Shown here: piece by piece, positions 1 through 9,547 of the stretch
Layout: each line of letters begins with the position of its first letter
Numbering within the stretch: position 1 is the stretch's first letter
Assembly (NCBI GenBank): GCA_951812955.1
Contig: OX638340.1
Coordinates: forward strand, 2,560,001 to 2,624,000
DNA: 64,000 bases
Source: an uncultured Gemmatimonadota bacterium
GTDB taxonomy: Bacteria; JAAXHH01
Direction of reading: 5' to 3'
The notes under the pieces: model-generated
The model's database searches: none
Seen by the model: the letters and a program-made list of their open reading frames with translations, nothing else
Told to the model about the DNA's origin: nothing
Position numbers and translations under genes: made by a program

Positions 1-20
1 ATACACTAAGCATCGCGCGG

Positions 21-1061
21 ATGAGTATCGTTCCATCCGATACCGTCTATGCCTGGGCCAGCAGCCAGTACGCGAATATGATGGAGGGGACGCCGAATCT
101 GGCCGCCGCCCATACCGCCATGGCGATCGTGTACAACCAGGGCGGGTACCTCGACGAAGCGGTCCACCATTACCGGCAGGCTATTGAGGACGATTCCTCC
201 TACGTCGACGCCTATACCAATCTCGGCAAGGTCTATTCAGATACCGAAGAATACGAAATGGCGGCCGATGCCTACGAGAAGGTGCTCACCCTGTCTCCCC
301 CAGAGGACCAGTTGCCCAGGATCCATCTCAATCTTGGCGTCTCATACATGGGCATGGACCGCGTCGACGACGCGATCAGGGAATGGAAACGGGCCGTCGA
401 TCTTCAGCCGGACTACGTGGACGCCTACATGAACCTGGGAACCGCATTCCAGAATAAGAATCTGCCGGACAGCACGCGCGTCGTCTGGGAAAGAGCCCTG
501 GAGGTCGGCGGGCAGTCGGTCGTGCCTCGTATCGCATTGGGCCGCCTGGCGTTCGCCGAGGACCGCCTGTCAGATGCCCTGAGCTACTACGGGCAAGTAC
601 TCGAGCTGGGCGCGAGAGATCCCCGCATTTTCGTGGAAATCGCCATGGTACATGAACGGAGTGAAGACTTCGACCAGGCGATTGTCCAATACGAACAGGC
701 GCTCGCCCTGGCGCCGGACAACGCTCAGCTGAAAGCCGCGTTGAACCGTGTCAGGCGGATCGTGGAGGAACGGACGACGGCCATCGAGTCAAACAAGATC
801 CGCGTTCGCCAGATCGTCGTCGCCACGCAGGCGGAAGCGCAGGCGGCGATGAATCGGTTGCAGGCAGGCGCCGATTTCGTCGAACTGGCCCGGGAATTAT
901 CCATCGATTCGAGCAGGGACAGCGGGGGTGACCTCGGGTTCTTCGGCCCGGGAGAGATGATCCCGGAATTCGAGCAGGCCGCGATGGAGCTGAAGGTCGG
1001 TGAGTTAAGCGGGGTCGTTCAAACGCCCATGGGTTTTCACATCATCAGGCGAATCGAGTAG
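21..1061 (+). CDS. TPR-repeat protein with C-terminal PpiC/parvulin-type peptidyl-prolyl isomerase domain (SurA/PrsA-like)
   Basis: 346-aa ORF. TPR-like repeats (AIVYNQGGYLDEAVHHYRQAIEDDSSYVDAYTNLG...). C-terminal parvulin signature (DSGGDLGFFGPGEMIPEFEQAA...GVVQTPMGFHIIRRIE). The frame stays open to base 3, so the true start may lie upstream of the window. Confidence 0.75.
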   Translation: MSIVPSDTVYAWASSQYANMMEGTPNLAAAHTAMAIVYNQGGYLDEAVHHYRQAIEDDSSYVDAYTNLGKVYSDTEEYEMAADAYEKVLTLSPPEDQLPRIHLNLGVSYMGMDRVDDAIREWKRAVDLQPDYVDAYMNLGTAFQNKNLPDSTRVVWERALEVGGQSVVPRIALGRLAFAEDRLSDALSYYGQVLELGARDPRIFVEIAMVHERSEDFDQAIVQYEQALALAPDNAQLKAALNRVRRIVEERTTAIESNKIRVRQIVVATQAEAQAAMNRLQAGADFVELARELSIDSSRDSGGDLGFFGPGEMIPEFEQAAMELKVGELSGVVQTPMGFHIIRRIE

Positions 1062-1110
1062 CGCGCCGCCGCGGGCAGCCGGTCGCGTCCACGGCATTGA
1101 AGGGAAACAG

Positions 1111-2055
1111 ATGGACAAGGAATCCGCTGAAACGAAACAGGTCGTCGTCATCGGCGGGGGGCCGGCGGGTTACACGGCGGCCCTGTATGCGGCCCGGGCG
1201 AACCTTTCCCCCGTCGTATTGACGGGCAGCACGGTCGGCGGACAGTTGTCGCTTACCAGCGAGATCGAGAACTTCCCGGGATTCCCCGAAAGCCTGGGAG
1301 GCATGGATCTCATGGACCGCATGAGGGAACAGGCCGAGCGTTTCGGCGCCGAGATGAAGTACGAGGAAGTCGTCTCGGTGGATTTTGAACCGGGAGCCCA
1401 CCGGATACGCACGGACCGGAGCGAATACACGGCGAAAACCGCGGTGATCAGTACCGGTTCGTCGCCCAGACTGCTCAACGTGCCTGGCGAGGATACCTTC
1501 TTCGGCCGGGGCGTTTCCACCTGCGCGACCTGCGACGGCGCCTTCTACCGGGACCGGAAGGTCGCCGTGGTGGGCGGAGGCGACAGCGCCATGGAGGAGG
1601 GACTCTTCCTGACGCGGTTCGCAAGCCAGGTCTGGATCATTCACCGCCGCAACGAACTGAGAGCGAGCCGGATCATGCAGGAACGGGCCCTGGAACATCC
1701 AAAGATAGCGTTCCAGTGGGGATCCGTGGTCGACGAGGTGCTGGGTGATGAAACCGCGGGCGTGACCGGGGTGCGCGTGCAGGAACTGGAAACGGACCGG
1801 GTACGGGTGCTGGACGCCGAGGGCCTCTTCATCGCTATCGGGCATACGCCCAATACCGGACTCTTCAGAGACAAGATCGACCTGGACGAACAGGGCTACA
1901 TCCTGACCGACAGGAGGCAGCGCACCAGCGTGCCCGGCGTGTTCGCGGGCGGGGACGTGCAGGACCACGTCTATCGCCAGGCGATTACGGCGGCGGGAAC
2001 GGGATGCGCCGCCGCCATGGAGGCGGAGAAGTATATCGCGGGGAACGGGGGCTAG
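1111..2055 (+). CDS. trxB: thioredoxin-disulfide reductase
   Basis: 314 aa. FAD motif VVVIGGGPAGYTAALYAARA, redox-active CATCDG, NADPH motif VAVVGGGDSAMEE, C-terminal FAGGDVQD. Confidence 0.9.
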   Translation: MDKESAETKQVVVIGGGPAGYTAALYAARANLSPVVLTGSTVGGQLSLTSEIENFPGFPESLGGMDLMDRMREQAERFGAEMKYEEVVSVDFEPGAHRIRTDRSEYTAKTAVISTGSSPRLLNVPGEDTFFGRGVSTCATCDGAFYRDRKVAVVGGGDSAMEEGLFLTRFASQVWIIHRRNELRASRIMQERALEHPKIAFQWGSVVDEVLGDETAGVTGVRVQELETDRVRVLDAEGLFIAIGHTPNTGLFRDKIDLDEQGYILTDRRQRTSVPGVFAGGDVQDHVYRQAITAAGTGCAAAMEAEKYIAGNGG

Positions 2056-2061
2056 GCCGCC

Positions 2062-2178
2062 GGGTCAGGGCGTTCGATCAGGTCGTTCGGGTCAGGGCGT
2101 TCGATCAGGTCGTTCGGGTCAGGGCGTTCGATCAGGGCGTGCGGGCGTCGTTCAGGGCGTTCGTTCAGGCCGTTCGGG
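2062..2178. repeat. tandem array: 27-nt unit GGGTCAGGGCGTTCGATCAGGTCGTTC (x3, then degenerate), made of 13-14-nt TCAGGNCGTTCGR sub-units
   Basis: Direct reading. TCAGG starts at 2065, 2078, 2092, 2105, 2119, 2132, 2152 and 2165. The first two 27-mers (2062-2088, 2089-2115) are identical. The last sub-unit is the cysE stop codon plus last codons. Confidence 0.9.
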
Positions 2179-3160
2179 CGTCGTGCTTTACCACGTCCAG
2201 CTTCGGGTTTCCGATGGTAACCTTGGAATGGGGCGGCACCGGTTCCGTCAGCCAGACGTTGGCACCGATCACGGAATCGTGTCCTATGGTCGTTCCGCCA
2301 CCCAGGATCGTCGCACCCGAATAAATGACCACGTCGTCTTCAATGGTGGGGTGGCGCTTGCCGCCCTTAACGAGACGTCCGCCCTCATCCTTCCTGAAAC
2401 TCAGCGCGCCCAGCGTTACGCCCTGGTATAACTTGACGTTGGCGCCGATCAGCGCGGTCTCCCCGATGACAACGCCCGTGCCGTGGTCGATGAAGAAGCG
2501 GGTGCCGATGGTCGCGCCGGGGTGGATGTCGATACCGGTGCGGCTGTGGGCGTGTTCGGACATGATCCGCGGGATGAGCGGCGTATTCCTCAGATAAAGT
2601 TCATGGGCGAGCCGGTATGTGGCGATGGCTGCCATGCACGGGTAGCTGAGTATGATCTCGTCATGACTTTTGGCCGCGGGATCCCCGTCGTAGGCCGCTT
2701 CCACGTCGCCCATGAGCAGCTTTCGGATCCCGGGAATCGTCTCCAGGAGTTCGAGGGTGATCCCGTCGGCGATTTCCTGGCAGGCCGCCGGATCCTCCTC
2801 CCGGCACGGGGCGTCGTGCATCAGGCTTCGGGCGATTTCCTCCCGCAGCCTGATATAGATGGCGTCCACCAGCCCGTCGACGAAAAAGGCCACGTTCTTC
2901 GTCATGAGCGGTTCGTTCCCGAAATACCCCGGGAAACAAAGGACCAGCAGGTCCCTCAGGATGCCGTAAATCCGTTCCCGCGAAGGCAGGTTATTTCCAT
3001 CTTTGCGGTTCAGGCCACCGACCGAGTCGTAGGATCGTACGATCTGGGATGCCAGCGCGCCGAGCTGGCTGCGCGTCTCCGACATGGTGAGATTGCAGAT
3101 CGGCACCACCTTCTCACCCGAAGTCTCATCGCGCCTGGAACGTTTCATGATGCTCCGCAT
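2165..3160 (-). CDS. cysE: serine O-acetyltransferase (long EpsC-type form)
   Basis: 331 aa. Hexapeptide-repeat core GIDIHPGATIGTRFFIDHGTGVVIGETALIGANVKLYQGVTLG...IEDDVVIYSGATILGG preceded by an SAT N-terminal helical domain (YDGDPAAKSHDEIILSYPCMAAIATYRLAHEL). Confidence 0.85.
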   Translation of the reverse strand: MRSIMKRSRRDETSGEKVVPICNLTMSETRSQLGALASQIVRSYDSVGGLNRKDGNNLPSRERIYGILRDLLVLCFPGYFGNEPLMTKNVAFFVDGLVDAIYIRLREEIARSLMHDAPCREEDPAACQEIADGITLELLETIPGIRKLLMGDVEAAYDGDPAAKSHDEIILSYPCMAAIATYRLAHELYLRNTPLIPRIMSEHAHSRTGIDIHPGATIGTRFFIDHGTGVVIGETALIGANVKLYQGVTLGALSFRKDEGGRLVKGGKRHPTIEDDVVIYSGATILGGGTTIGHDSVIGANVWLTEPVPPHSKVTIGNPKLDVVKHDARTA

Positions 3161-3405
3161 CGGTTTTCAGATACCGGTTTCCGCACAGGTCAGAATCGGT
3201 GCCGGGCTTCTCTTCCCGGCCCTTTCGCCGCTGTCTGAATTTCGAGGAACCATCGCGGTAAGTCAAGCGATTTCTTTTGTTAACGGCTGTGCCATGATCG
3301 TTCGGCAGACGCTACAAAGCAGTTGCCTGAGGAAGCGGTACGGCCTTATATTGCAGTAATTTCGCGTCGCGTTTCGATCCCCGGTACACCAGGCAGCGGT
3401 CCCCT

Positions 3406-5364
3406 ATGGATATCAAACGAACGCTCGTCGTTCTTTCCCTCTTTCCATGCCTGCTTGCAACCGGCTTGCCGGTCGCGGGCCAGTCTGCCGGCGGGTACAT
3501 GGCTATCACCGAGGTGCAACCGGGCATGCGCGGATACGGCCTCACAGTTTTTCAGGATGCCCGGATCGATACCTTCGAGATCGAAGTGCTGGGCGTCATG
3601 AAGAACATTTTCTACGCGAAACACGATATCATCATGGTTGGAGTTTCGGGTCCCTACGTCGACGATGCGGGTGTAATCGCGGGGATGAGCGGCAGCCCCG
3701 TGTACATAGACGGAAAGCTCGTCGGCGCGTTGGCGTACCGCTTCGGGACGTTTCCGATGAAACCCATCGGCGGCGTCACGCCAATCGGCCATATGCTGGC
3801 CATACGCGATGCCCTGGAGACCGAACCGGCGCGGGACCGCAGTGCGCCCGGAGGAAACCTGGGAGGGCAGGGCGAGTTCCGGGGTGAAACCGGACCGGGT
3901 GAACTGGGTGGAACGGGCGGACCGGACGGTCCGGACGAAGCATCCGCGGATCCGGTATTCCCCGGTTCGCTTTGGCCGGGTGAAGACGGCATCGAAACGG
4001 AGTACTCCGGGCAGCCGGGTATCCCTTCTGGTCCGTCCAACCTCAAACCCATCGCCGTGCCGATGGTGTTTTCGGGTTTCCATCCCATGACGGTCAGTCT
4101 GTTCGAAAACGACCTGCGCCGTCGCGGACTCGTACCCCTGGCCGGGGGCGCTTCCAGCGGGACGTCCGGCACGGTTCCAGCCGGCGACGACTCGGTTACG
4201 GAACAGGCCGGTCCGGCGTCCAGCGGTGGGAGATCCTCCCTGGAACCCGGCGCCGCCGTGAGCGCGCAGCTCATACGGGGCGATTACAATCTTTCGGGTA
4301 CCGGTACGGTCACCTGGCGCGATGAAGACGCCATACTTGCCTTCGGGCATCCCTTTCTGTGGACGGGCGCCCTGAACATACCGATGAACCGGGCCGATAT
4401 CATTACGGTCATTCCGGACCAGATCGGATCCACGAAAATCAGCAGCGTGGCGGATGAAGTCGGTTCGGTCCTGTGGGACCACACAAACGGGATTTACGGC
4501 CAACTTGGCGATACGGCGCGCATGATACCGGTGGAACTCTCCTACGACGATGCCACCGGCACGCCCCGTACCTACCTGTTCGACGTGATGATGGCGAACG
4601 GCTGGACGCCTCTGCTGGTAAACATGGCGGTGGCGAATACGATTATCGCGAACGGCAGGGCGGCCGGCGAGCGAACGATAACACTCGGCGGACGGATCGA
4701 GCTGCGGGGCCATCCGGATGTCGTCTTCGAAGACCAGTTTTCCGGACAGGGGTCCCTCTCGGCATTGGCCAGAGATGTGAACGGCGTGCTCGACTTCGTG
4801 CTCGACAACCGCTTCGTGACCCCGATGATCGAGTCACTGAGTATCGAGATACAATCGTCGAACGAGCGCAGGACGGCCGTCATCGAAGACGTCTGGTTCG
4901 GATCGGAAACCGTGAAGCCGGGCGACACGCTGGAGGTCAGGGTATTCCTTCGGCCCTACCGAGGCGACCGCGTGGTCAAGCGGCTCGACGTGACGATCCC
5001 CAAGACCATATCCAACGGACCGGTACAGGTACTTGTCGGTTCCTCCCAGGCCGTTCTCCGCCACGACCTGAATGCCGTTCCCCAGCGGTACAGGCCCACG
5101 GACGGTCCCCGGCTGATTGAACTGCTCAACAACCGCCGTACCGGAAACCGGGTATATCTGAAGATGTTCCAGGGCGGCGCGGGGGGCATGGTGAAGGGCA
5201 GGGAGATGCCCGGACTGCCTCCATCGGTCCTCGCCGTCATGAATTCAGAGCGGACGAAGGGCAGTTTCCTGCCGATCCGCGAGAAGGTGGTCGCCGAGGA
5301 AACGGTCCGAACGGACTATGTCATCGCCGGGCAGAACTGGAGCCGGCTGACCGCAAAGCGATAG
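3406..5364 (+). CDS. secreted SpoIVB-type serine peptidase (peptidase S55 family)
   Basis: 652 aa. Signal peptide MDIKRTLVVLSLFPCLLATGLPVAGQ. S55-like core GMRGYGLTVFQDARIDTFEIEVLGVMKN...DDAGVIAGMSGSPVYIDGKLVGALAY. Contains a Gly/Pro-rich low-complexity insert (about residues 140-210). Confidence 0.75.
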   Translation: MDIKRTLVVLSLFPCLLATGLPVAGQSAGGYMAITEVQPGMRGYGLTVFQDARIDTFEIEVLGVMKNIFYAKHDIIMVGVSGPYVDDAGVIAGMSGSPVYIDGKLVGALAYRFGTFPMKPIGGVTPIGHMLAIRDALETEPARDRSAPGGNLGGQGEFRGETGPGELGGTGGPDGPDEASADPVFPGSLWPGEDGIETEYSGQPGIPSGPSNLKPIAVPMVFSGFHPMTVSLFENDLRRRGLVPLAGGASSGTSGTVPAGDDSVTEQAGPASSGGRSSLEPGAAVSAQLIRGDYNLSGTGTVTWRDEDAILAFGHPFLWTGALNIPMNRADIITVIPDQIGSTKISSVADEVGSVLWDHTNGIYGQLGDTARMIPVELSYDDATGTPRTYLFDVMMANGWTPLLVNMAVANTIIANGRAAGERTITLGGRIELRGHPDVVFEDQFSGQGSLSALARDVNGVLDFVLDNRFVTPMIESLSIEIQSSNERRTAVIEDVWFGSETVKPGDTLEVRVFLRPYRGDRVVKRLDVTIPKTISNGPVQVLVGSSQAVLRHDLNAVPQRYRPTDGPRLIELLNNRRTGNRVYLKMFQGGAGGMVKGREMPGLPPSVLAVMNSERTKGSFLPIREKVVAEETVRTDYVIAGQNWSRLTAKR

Positions 5365-5373
5365 GAGCGACTC

Positions 5374-7674
5374 TTGAACCAGGTCACGGGATGGCGCGTA
5401 CCACTCTTGGCTTCGGTCCTTCTGATGGCCGCGTTCGGCGCCCTCGCGTCGACGCCGGTAATCTGGAAACAGGCCGGACACGGGGACTTTCTCAGAGGAG
5501 AAACCCGCGGCGTTTCCATAACCGGAAAGGGCCGCCTGACCCTGTCACCGGTCCTGGATCCCGTTTTCGAGAGCGACGAACCGCTGATATGGAGTATCGC
5601 GACCGATTCCAGCGGTAATATCTACGCGGGTACGGGAAATGACGGCAGGCTGTACCGTGTGGATTCCTCGGGCCAGACCGAAGTGTTTTTCGACGCGGAA
5701 GAGCTTGAAATCCGCAGTGTCGCGATTGATGGCGACGACAGGATCTACGCAGCCACCTTCCCCGACGGCCGGATCTACCGGATCGACCCGGACGGGACCC
5801 ATACAGTGTTTTTCGATCCAGCGCGCGATGGCGGCTCGGACGACGGGAATGGCGGCTCGGACGACGGGAATGGCGGCTCGGACGACGGGAATGGCGGCTC
5901 GGACGACGGGACGGGCTACATCTGGTCGCTGGCGCTGGACGGGGAGGGCGGGCTTTACGCGGGAACGGGTGATCAGGGAAGGATATATCGTATCGACGAG
6001 CATGGCGACGCACACCTGCTGGCCGAGCTGGAGGAGGCCCATGTCATGGCCCTGGCCGTGGATGGATCGGGCCGACTGATCGCCGGCACCGAGCCGGGCG
6101 GAAGAGTCTACCGCATGGAATGGACCACGCCCGACGGCCCCCTTTCCCTTTCGGTCCTCCACGATTCTCCCTACGGCGAAATCAACGCCCTTCAGGTTGA
6201 CGCGGAGGGCGCCGTGTTCGCCTGCGCGCTGAGTGGACCGCGCCGGGGCGGCCGGGGCGGGGGAGCGATGTCTCCGCCATCCCGGAGCACTCCCGACGAG
6301 CCTGGCGGCGAATCCGCACGCAACACGGTCGAAGTGACGGCATCGGCGGATGGCGCGGACCGGCCGACAGTCCGCAGTTTCGCCGCGGGGGGCAGTGTGG
6401 TCTTACGGATAGATCCGGATGGACGGGTGGAAGAATGGTGGCGATCCCAGGCGGACGTATGCCTGTCTCTGGCGGTTCGAGGAGAAAAAGAACTGCTCAT
6501 TGGCACCGGGCAGCGCGGCCGGCTGTACAGCGTCCGGGAACGGGGCCGGGGCACGCTGCTGAACGAATTGCGGGATTCGCAGATCACGGCGCTGATGCCT
6601 GTCGCAACGGACGGGGTTTTGGTGGCGACGAGTAATCGCGGCAACCTGTACCGTCTGCTTTCCCGGCCCGTGCGCGAGGGCGAATACGAATCCGATGTCC
6701 GGGATACCCGGGGCATCGCGCGGTGGGGCCGTATACGATGGGAAAACGAGCAGCCCGCGGGGACGACGGTCCGCCTGTATGCGCGGTCGGGCAATACGGA
6801 TGCTCCCGACCAGACCTGGAGCGAATGGACCGGTCCCTACACCGACCCGGAAGGAGAAGCCCTGGCATGCCCGCCCGCCCGCTATCTGCAGTGGAAGGCG
6901 GTGCTGAACACGCGGAACGAGCAAACCCCCTCGGTCTCTTCCGTTTCGGCCTCGTACCTGACGCGAAACAATCCGCCCAGGGTGCACTCGGTCACGGTAT
7001 ACGAGCCGGGCGTCCAATTGCGGGACGCCGCGCCAGGTTCAGGCTTACAGACCGATCTTCCCCCGGGCATCGCAGCGCAGGTCGGTGGCCGTGGCAACGG
7101 CCGCGGCCAGAACGCATCGGCCGGCTCCCCCACCTACCGGAAGGGCATGCGGGCCATCGCGGTCCAGGCGAGCGATCCTGACGGGGACGGACTGTCCTTC
7201 GAAATCTATTTCCGGGGCGCGGCTGAAGAAACCTGGAAACTCCTGGAGTCGGAACGGCGCACCCCTTCCTATTCCTGGGATTCCGAGACTTTCCCGGATG
7301 GAGAATACGTCATACGCGTCGTGGTCAGCGACGCGTCGTCGAACCCGCCTGACCAGGCACTGGAGTCGGATCACCTCACCGAACCTTTTCTGGTGGACAA
7401 TACCGGTCCGCTGGTAACCCGGATCAACATATCAGACGGACTGTTGTCCTTTCTTGTCCAGGATAACGCCAGTCCCCTTTTTCGCGTGGAATACGCCATA
7501 GACGGGCGCGATTGGCGGGTGGTTCACCCCGTGGACGGCGTTACGGATTCGAAGACGGAGTCATTCGAGATCACCCTGGACGGACTGGAACCCGGCGAAC
7601 ACACCCTCGCCGTTCGCGCCAGGGACACATCAAATAACACGGGTACGGGGAAACGGGTCGTCAGGATCCCCTGA
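5374..7674 (+). CDS. secreted repeat protein (beta-propeller-like G..GR[IL]YR[IV]D repeats plus C-terminal Ig/Fn3-like region), function unknown
   Basis: 766 aa with a TTG start 10 nt after the S55 gene stop. Signal peptide LLASVLLMAAFGALA. Recurring GNDGRLYRVD / PDGRIYRID / GDQGRIYRID / PGGRVYRME / GQRGRLYSV / SNRGNLYRL motifs. No recognised catalytic motif. Confidence 0.6.
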   Translation: MNQVTGWRVPLLASVLLMAAFGALASTPVIWKQAGHGDFLRGETRGVSITGKGRLTLSPVLDPVFESDEPLIWSIATDSSGNIYAGTGNDGRLYRVDSSGQTEVFFDAEELEIRSVAIDGDDRIYAATFPDGRIYRIDPDGTHTVFFDPARDGGSDDGNGGSDDGNGGSDDGNGGSDDGTGYIWSLALDGEGGLYAGTGDQGRIYRIDEHGDAHLLAELEEAHVMALAVDGSGRLIAGTEPGGRVYRMEWTTPDGPLSLSVLHDSPYGEINALQVDAEGAVFACALSGPRRGGRGGGAMSPPSRSTPDEPGGESARNTVEVTASADGADRPTVRSFAAGGSVVLRIDPDGRVEEWWRSQADVCLSLAVRGEKELLIGTGQRGRLYSVRERGRGTLLNELRDSQITALMPVATDGVLVATSNRGNLYRLLSRPVREGEYESDVRDTRGIARWGRIRWENEQPAGTTVRLYARSGNTDAPDQTWSEWTGPYTDPEGEALACPPARYLQWKAVLNTRNEQTPSVSSVSASYLTRNNPPRVHSVTVYEPGVQLRDAAPGSGLQTDLPPGIAAQVGGRGNGRGQNASAGSPTYRKGMRAIAVQASDPDGDGLSFEIYFRGAAEETWKLLESERRTPSYSWDSETFPDGEYVIRVVVSDASSNPPDQALESDHLTEPFLVDNTGPLVTRINISDGLLSFLVQDNASPLFRVEYAIDGRDWRVVHPVDGVTDSKTESFEITLDGLEPGEHTLAVRARDTSNNTGTGKRVVRIP
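5830..5913. repeat. in-frame 21-nt tandem repeat x4 (GGCGGCTCGGACGACGGGAAT) encoding GGSDDGN x4
   Basis: Read directly. Copies at 5830-5850, 5851-5871, 5872-5892 and 5893-5913; the first three are identical and the last ends ...GGGACG. Confidence 0.95.
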
Positions 7675-7683
7675 GGAGGCAAG

Positions 7684-8433
7684 GTGTCCGGGCATTCCAA
7701 GTGGAGCACGATCAAGCGGAAGAAGGAACAGAAAGACGCCGCTCGCGGGAAGATCTTCACCCGCGTCATCAAGGAGATCACCATCGCCGCGCGGCAGGGC
7801 GGCGGTTCGGTGAACGTCAACCCTCGGCTCAGGACGGCCATACTGGCCGCCAAGACGGAAAACGTGCCGCAGGCCAACATCGACCGGGCCATCGCGCGAG
7901 GCACGGGCGAACTGGACGGCGTTCATTACGAGGAACTGGTCTACGAGGGATACGGGCCATCGGGCGTTGCGTTGATGGTGGAAGCGGTGACGGACAACAA
8001 GAACCGCACCACCTCCGAGATGCGCCATGCCTTCACTAAGAACGGCGGCAACATGGGGGAGGCGGGCTGCGTGGCCTGGATGTTCGACCAGAAGGGCACG
8101 ATCGTCGTGGACAAGAATGGGGTCGACGAGGACGAGGTCATGATGATCGCCCTCGAAGCCGGCGCGGAAGACATCCTGGACGAAGGAGATACCCTGGACG
8201 TATACACCGCCGTTTCCGATTACGAATCGGTGCGGGCCCAGCTCGAGGAAAACGGGTTCGCCCCCCTGCGGGCTGAAATAGGCCGCATTCCGCAGTCGAC
8301 CGTGGCGGTCGAGGGCAAGGACGCGGAGCAGCTTCTCCGGTTGATGGAGGTTCTCGAGGACCACGACGACGTCCAGCACGTCTACGCTAATTTCGACGTG
8401 GACGACGGGATGCTGGAGAAGATGAACGGGTAG
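7684..8433 (+). CDS. yebC: YebC/PmpR-family DNA-binding transcriptional regulator
   Basis: 249 aa, GTG start. N-terminus MSGHSKWSTIKRKKEQKDAARGKIFTRVIKEITIAARQGGG is the family hallmark. Classical position upstream of ruvCAB. Confidence 0.9.
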   Translation: MSGHSKWSTIKRKKEQKDAARGKIFTRVIKEITIAARQGGGSVNVNPRLRTAILAAKTENVPQANIDRAIARGTGELDGVHYEELVYEGYGPSGVALMVEAVTDNKNRTTSEMRHAFTKNGGNMGEAGCVAWMFDQKGTIVVDKNGVDEDEVMMIALEAGAEDILDEGDTLDVYTAVSDYESVRAQLEENGFAPLRAEIGRIPQSTVAVEGKDAEQLLRLMEVLEDHDDVQHVYANFDVDDGMLEKMNG

Positions 8434-8442
8434 CGGGTATAC

Positions 8443-8961
8443 ATGATCATCCTCGGAATCGACCCGGGCAGCGTAATTACGGGATACGGCGTGATCGACA
8501 CCCGGGGCAGGAACACTCGGCTATTGGACTGCGGCGTGGTGCGGACGGGGTCGCGCAAGGCCCTTCCGGATCGGCTGAAGTTAATCTACGACGGCCTGTG
8601 CGAAGTAATCGACCGAAACCACCCGGAACTGGTGGCCGTCGAGTCCACCTTCGGCGGGCGGTTTCCCAAAGCGGCCCTCGTACTGGGACACGCCCGGGGG
8701 GTCGCCCTCCTGGCCGCGGCGAACCGGGGACTGCAGGTCTGGGAATACGCCCCGCGCGATGTGAAAATGGCCATTACCCGCGCGGGTGGCGCGTCGAAAC
8801 AGCAGGTTCAGTACCTGGTGCGCGCCATGCTGAACCTCGACCGGGACCCCGACCGAAAGCCCATGCCGGAAGACGCGTCGGACGCGCTGGCGGTCGCTAT
8901 CTGTCACTTTCACAGGATAACCGGAGGGATCCAGGCGGTTGATCGCATTCGTCGAAGGTGA
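8443..8961 (+). CDS. ruvC: crossover junction endodeoxyribonuclease RuvC
   Basis: 172 aa. MIILGIDPGSVITGYGVID catalytic N-terminus. Synteny with ruvA and ruvB. Confidence 0.9.
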   Translation: MIILGIDPGSVITGYGVIDTRGRNTRLLDCGVVRTGSRKALPDRLKLIYDGLCEVIDRNHPELVAVESTFGGRFPKAALVLGHARGVALLAAANRGLQVWEYAPRDVKMAITRAGGASKQQVQYLVRAMLNLDRDPDRKPMPEDASDALAVAICHFHRITGGIQAVDRIRRR

Positions 8962-9547
8962 ATTGGTCGACAAGCAACCCGACGGCATCACGGTGTCCGT
9001 CGGCGGGATCGGCCTTTACATGGACGTCCCCCTCTCCACGGTCCAGGCCCTCGGTGCCCAGGGTTCGCGCGTGCGCGTGGAAACGGTGCTCCACAGCCGG
9101 GAGGACGGCATGCAGCTCTATGGTTTCGCAACCGTGGACGAGAAGCGCCTCTTCGAAGTGCTGATCACGCTGCCTGGCATAGGGCCCGGCGTGGCCCTGA
9201 ACATCCTGTCCGGCGCGACGGTCGCCGAGTTTACCGCCGCGATCATTAACGAAGACGTGGGCAAGCTGGTCTCACTGCCGAAGATCGGCCGGAAGACCGC
9301 GCAGCGGTTAATCATGGAGCTACGCGACAAGCTCGCCTCCATGGATACCGGCAAGGGGGAAGCGCTGCCCGTGGCGCCTTCGGGAGAGGCCCCCGAAGTG
9401 GACGATGCGATCATGGGCCTGGTGGCATTGGGCTACGACCAGCCTGAAGCCCGTAAGCAGGTCATCCGGGTGATGTCCGATAGCGCGGAAACCCCTGCGG
9501 CGGAGGAGATCATTCGATTGGTGCTGCGGAACCAGGGAGGGCGGTAG
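8939..9547 (+). CDS. ruvA: Holliday junction branch migration complex subunit RuvA
   Basis: 202 aa, TTG start overlapping the ruvC end. MIAFVEGELV...; HhH region LITLPGIGPGVALNILS / LPKIGRKTAQRLIMEL. Confidence 0.9.
   Translation: MIAFVEGELVDKQPDGITVSVGGIGLYMDVPLSTVQALGAQGSRVRVETVLHSREDGMQLYGFATVDEKRLFEVLITLPGIGPGVALNILSGATVAEFTAAIINEDVGKLVSLPKIGRKTAQRLIMELRDKLASMDTGKGEALPVAPSGEAPEVDDAIMGLVALGYDQPEARKQVIRVMSDSAETPAAEEIIRLVLRNQGGR

Noticed and set aside
2062-2178. The tandem arrays (also 23740-23857 and 46635-46691) considered as CRISPR arrays.
   Set aside because: The units are contiguous with no unique spacers and are only 13-27 nt long. No cas genes are present in the window.
2004-2324. 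106-aa plus-strand ORF translating the tandem array (VRAFDQVVR x3).
   Set aside because: The periodic peptide is just the translation of the 27-nt DNA repeat. The ORF overlaps the trxB end and the cysE coding region, and it has no start context.
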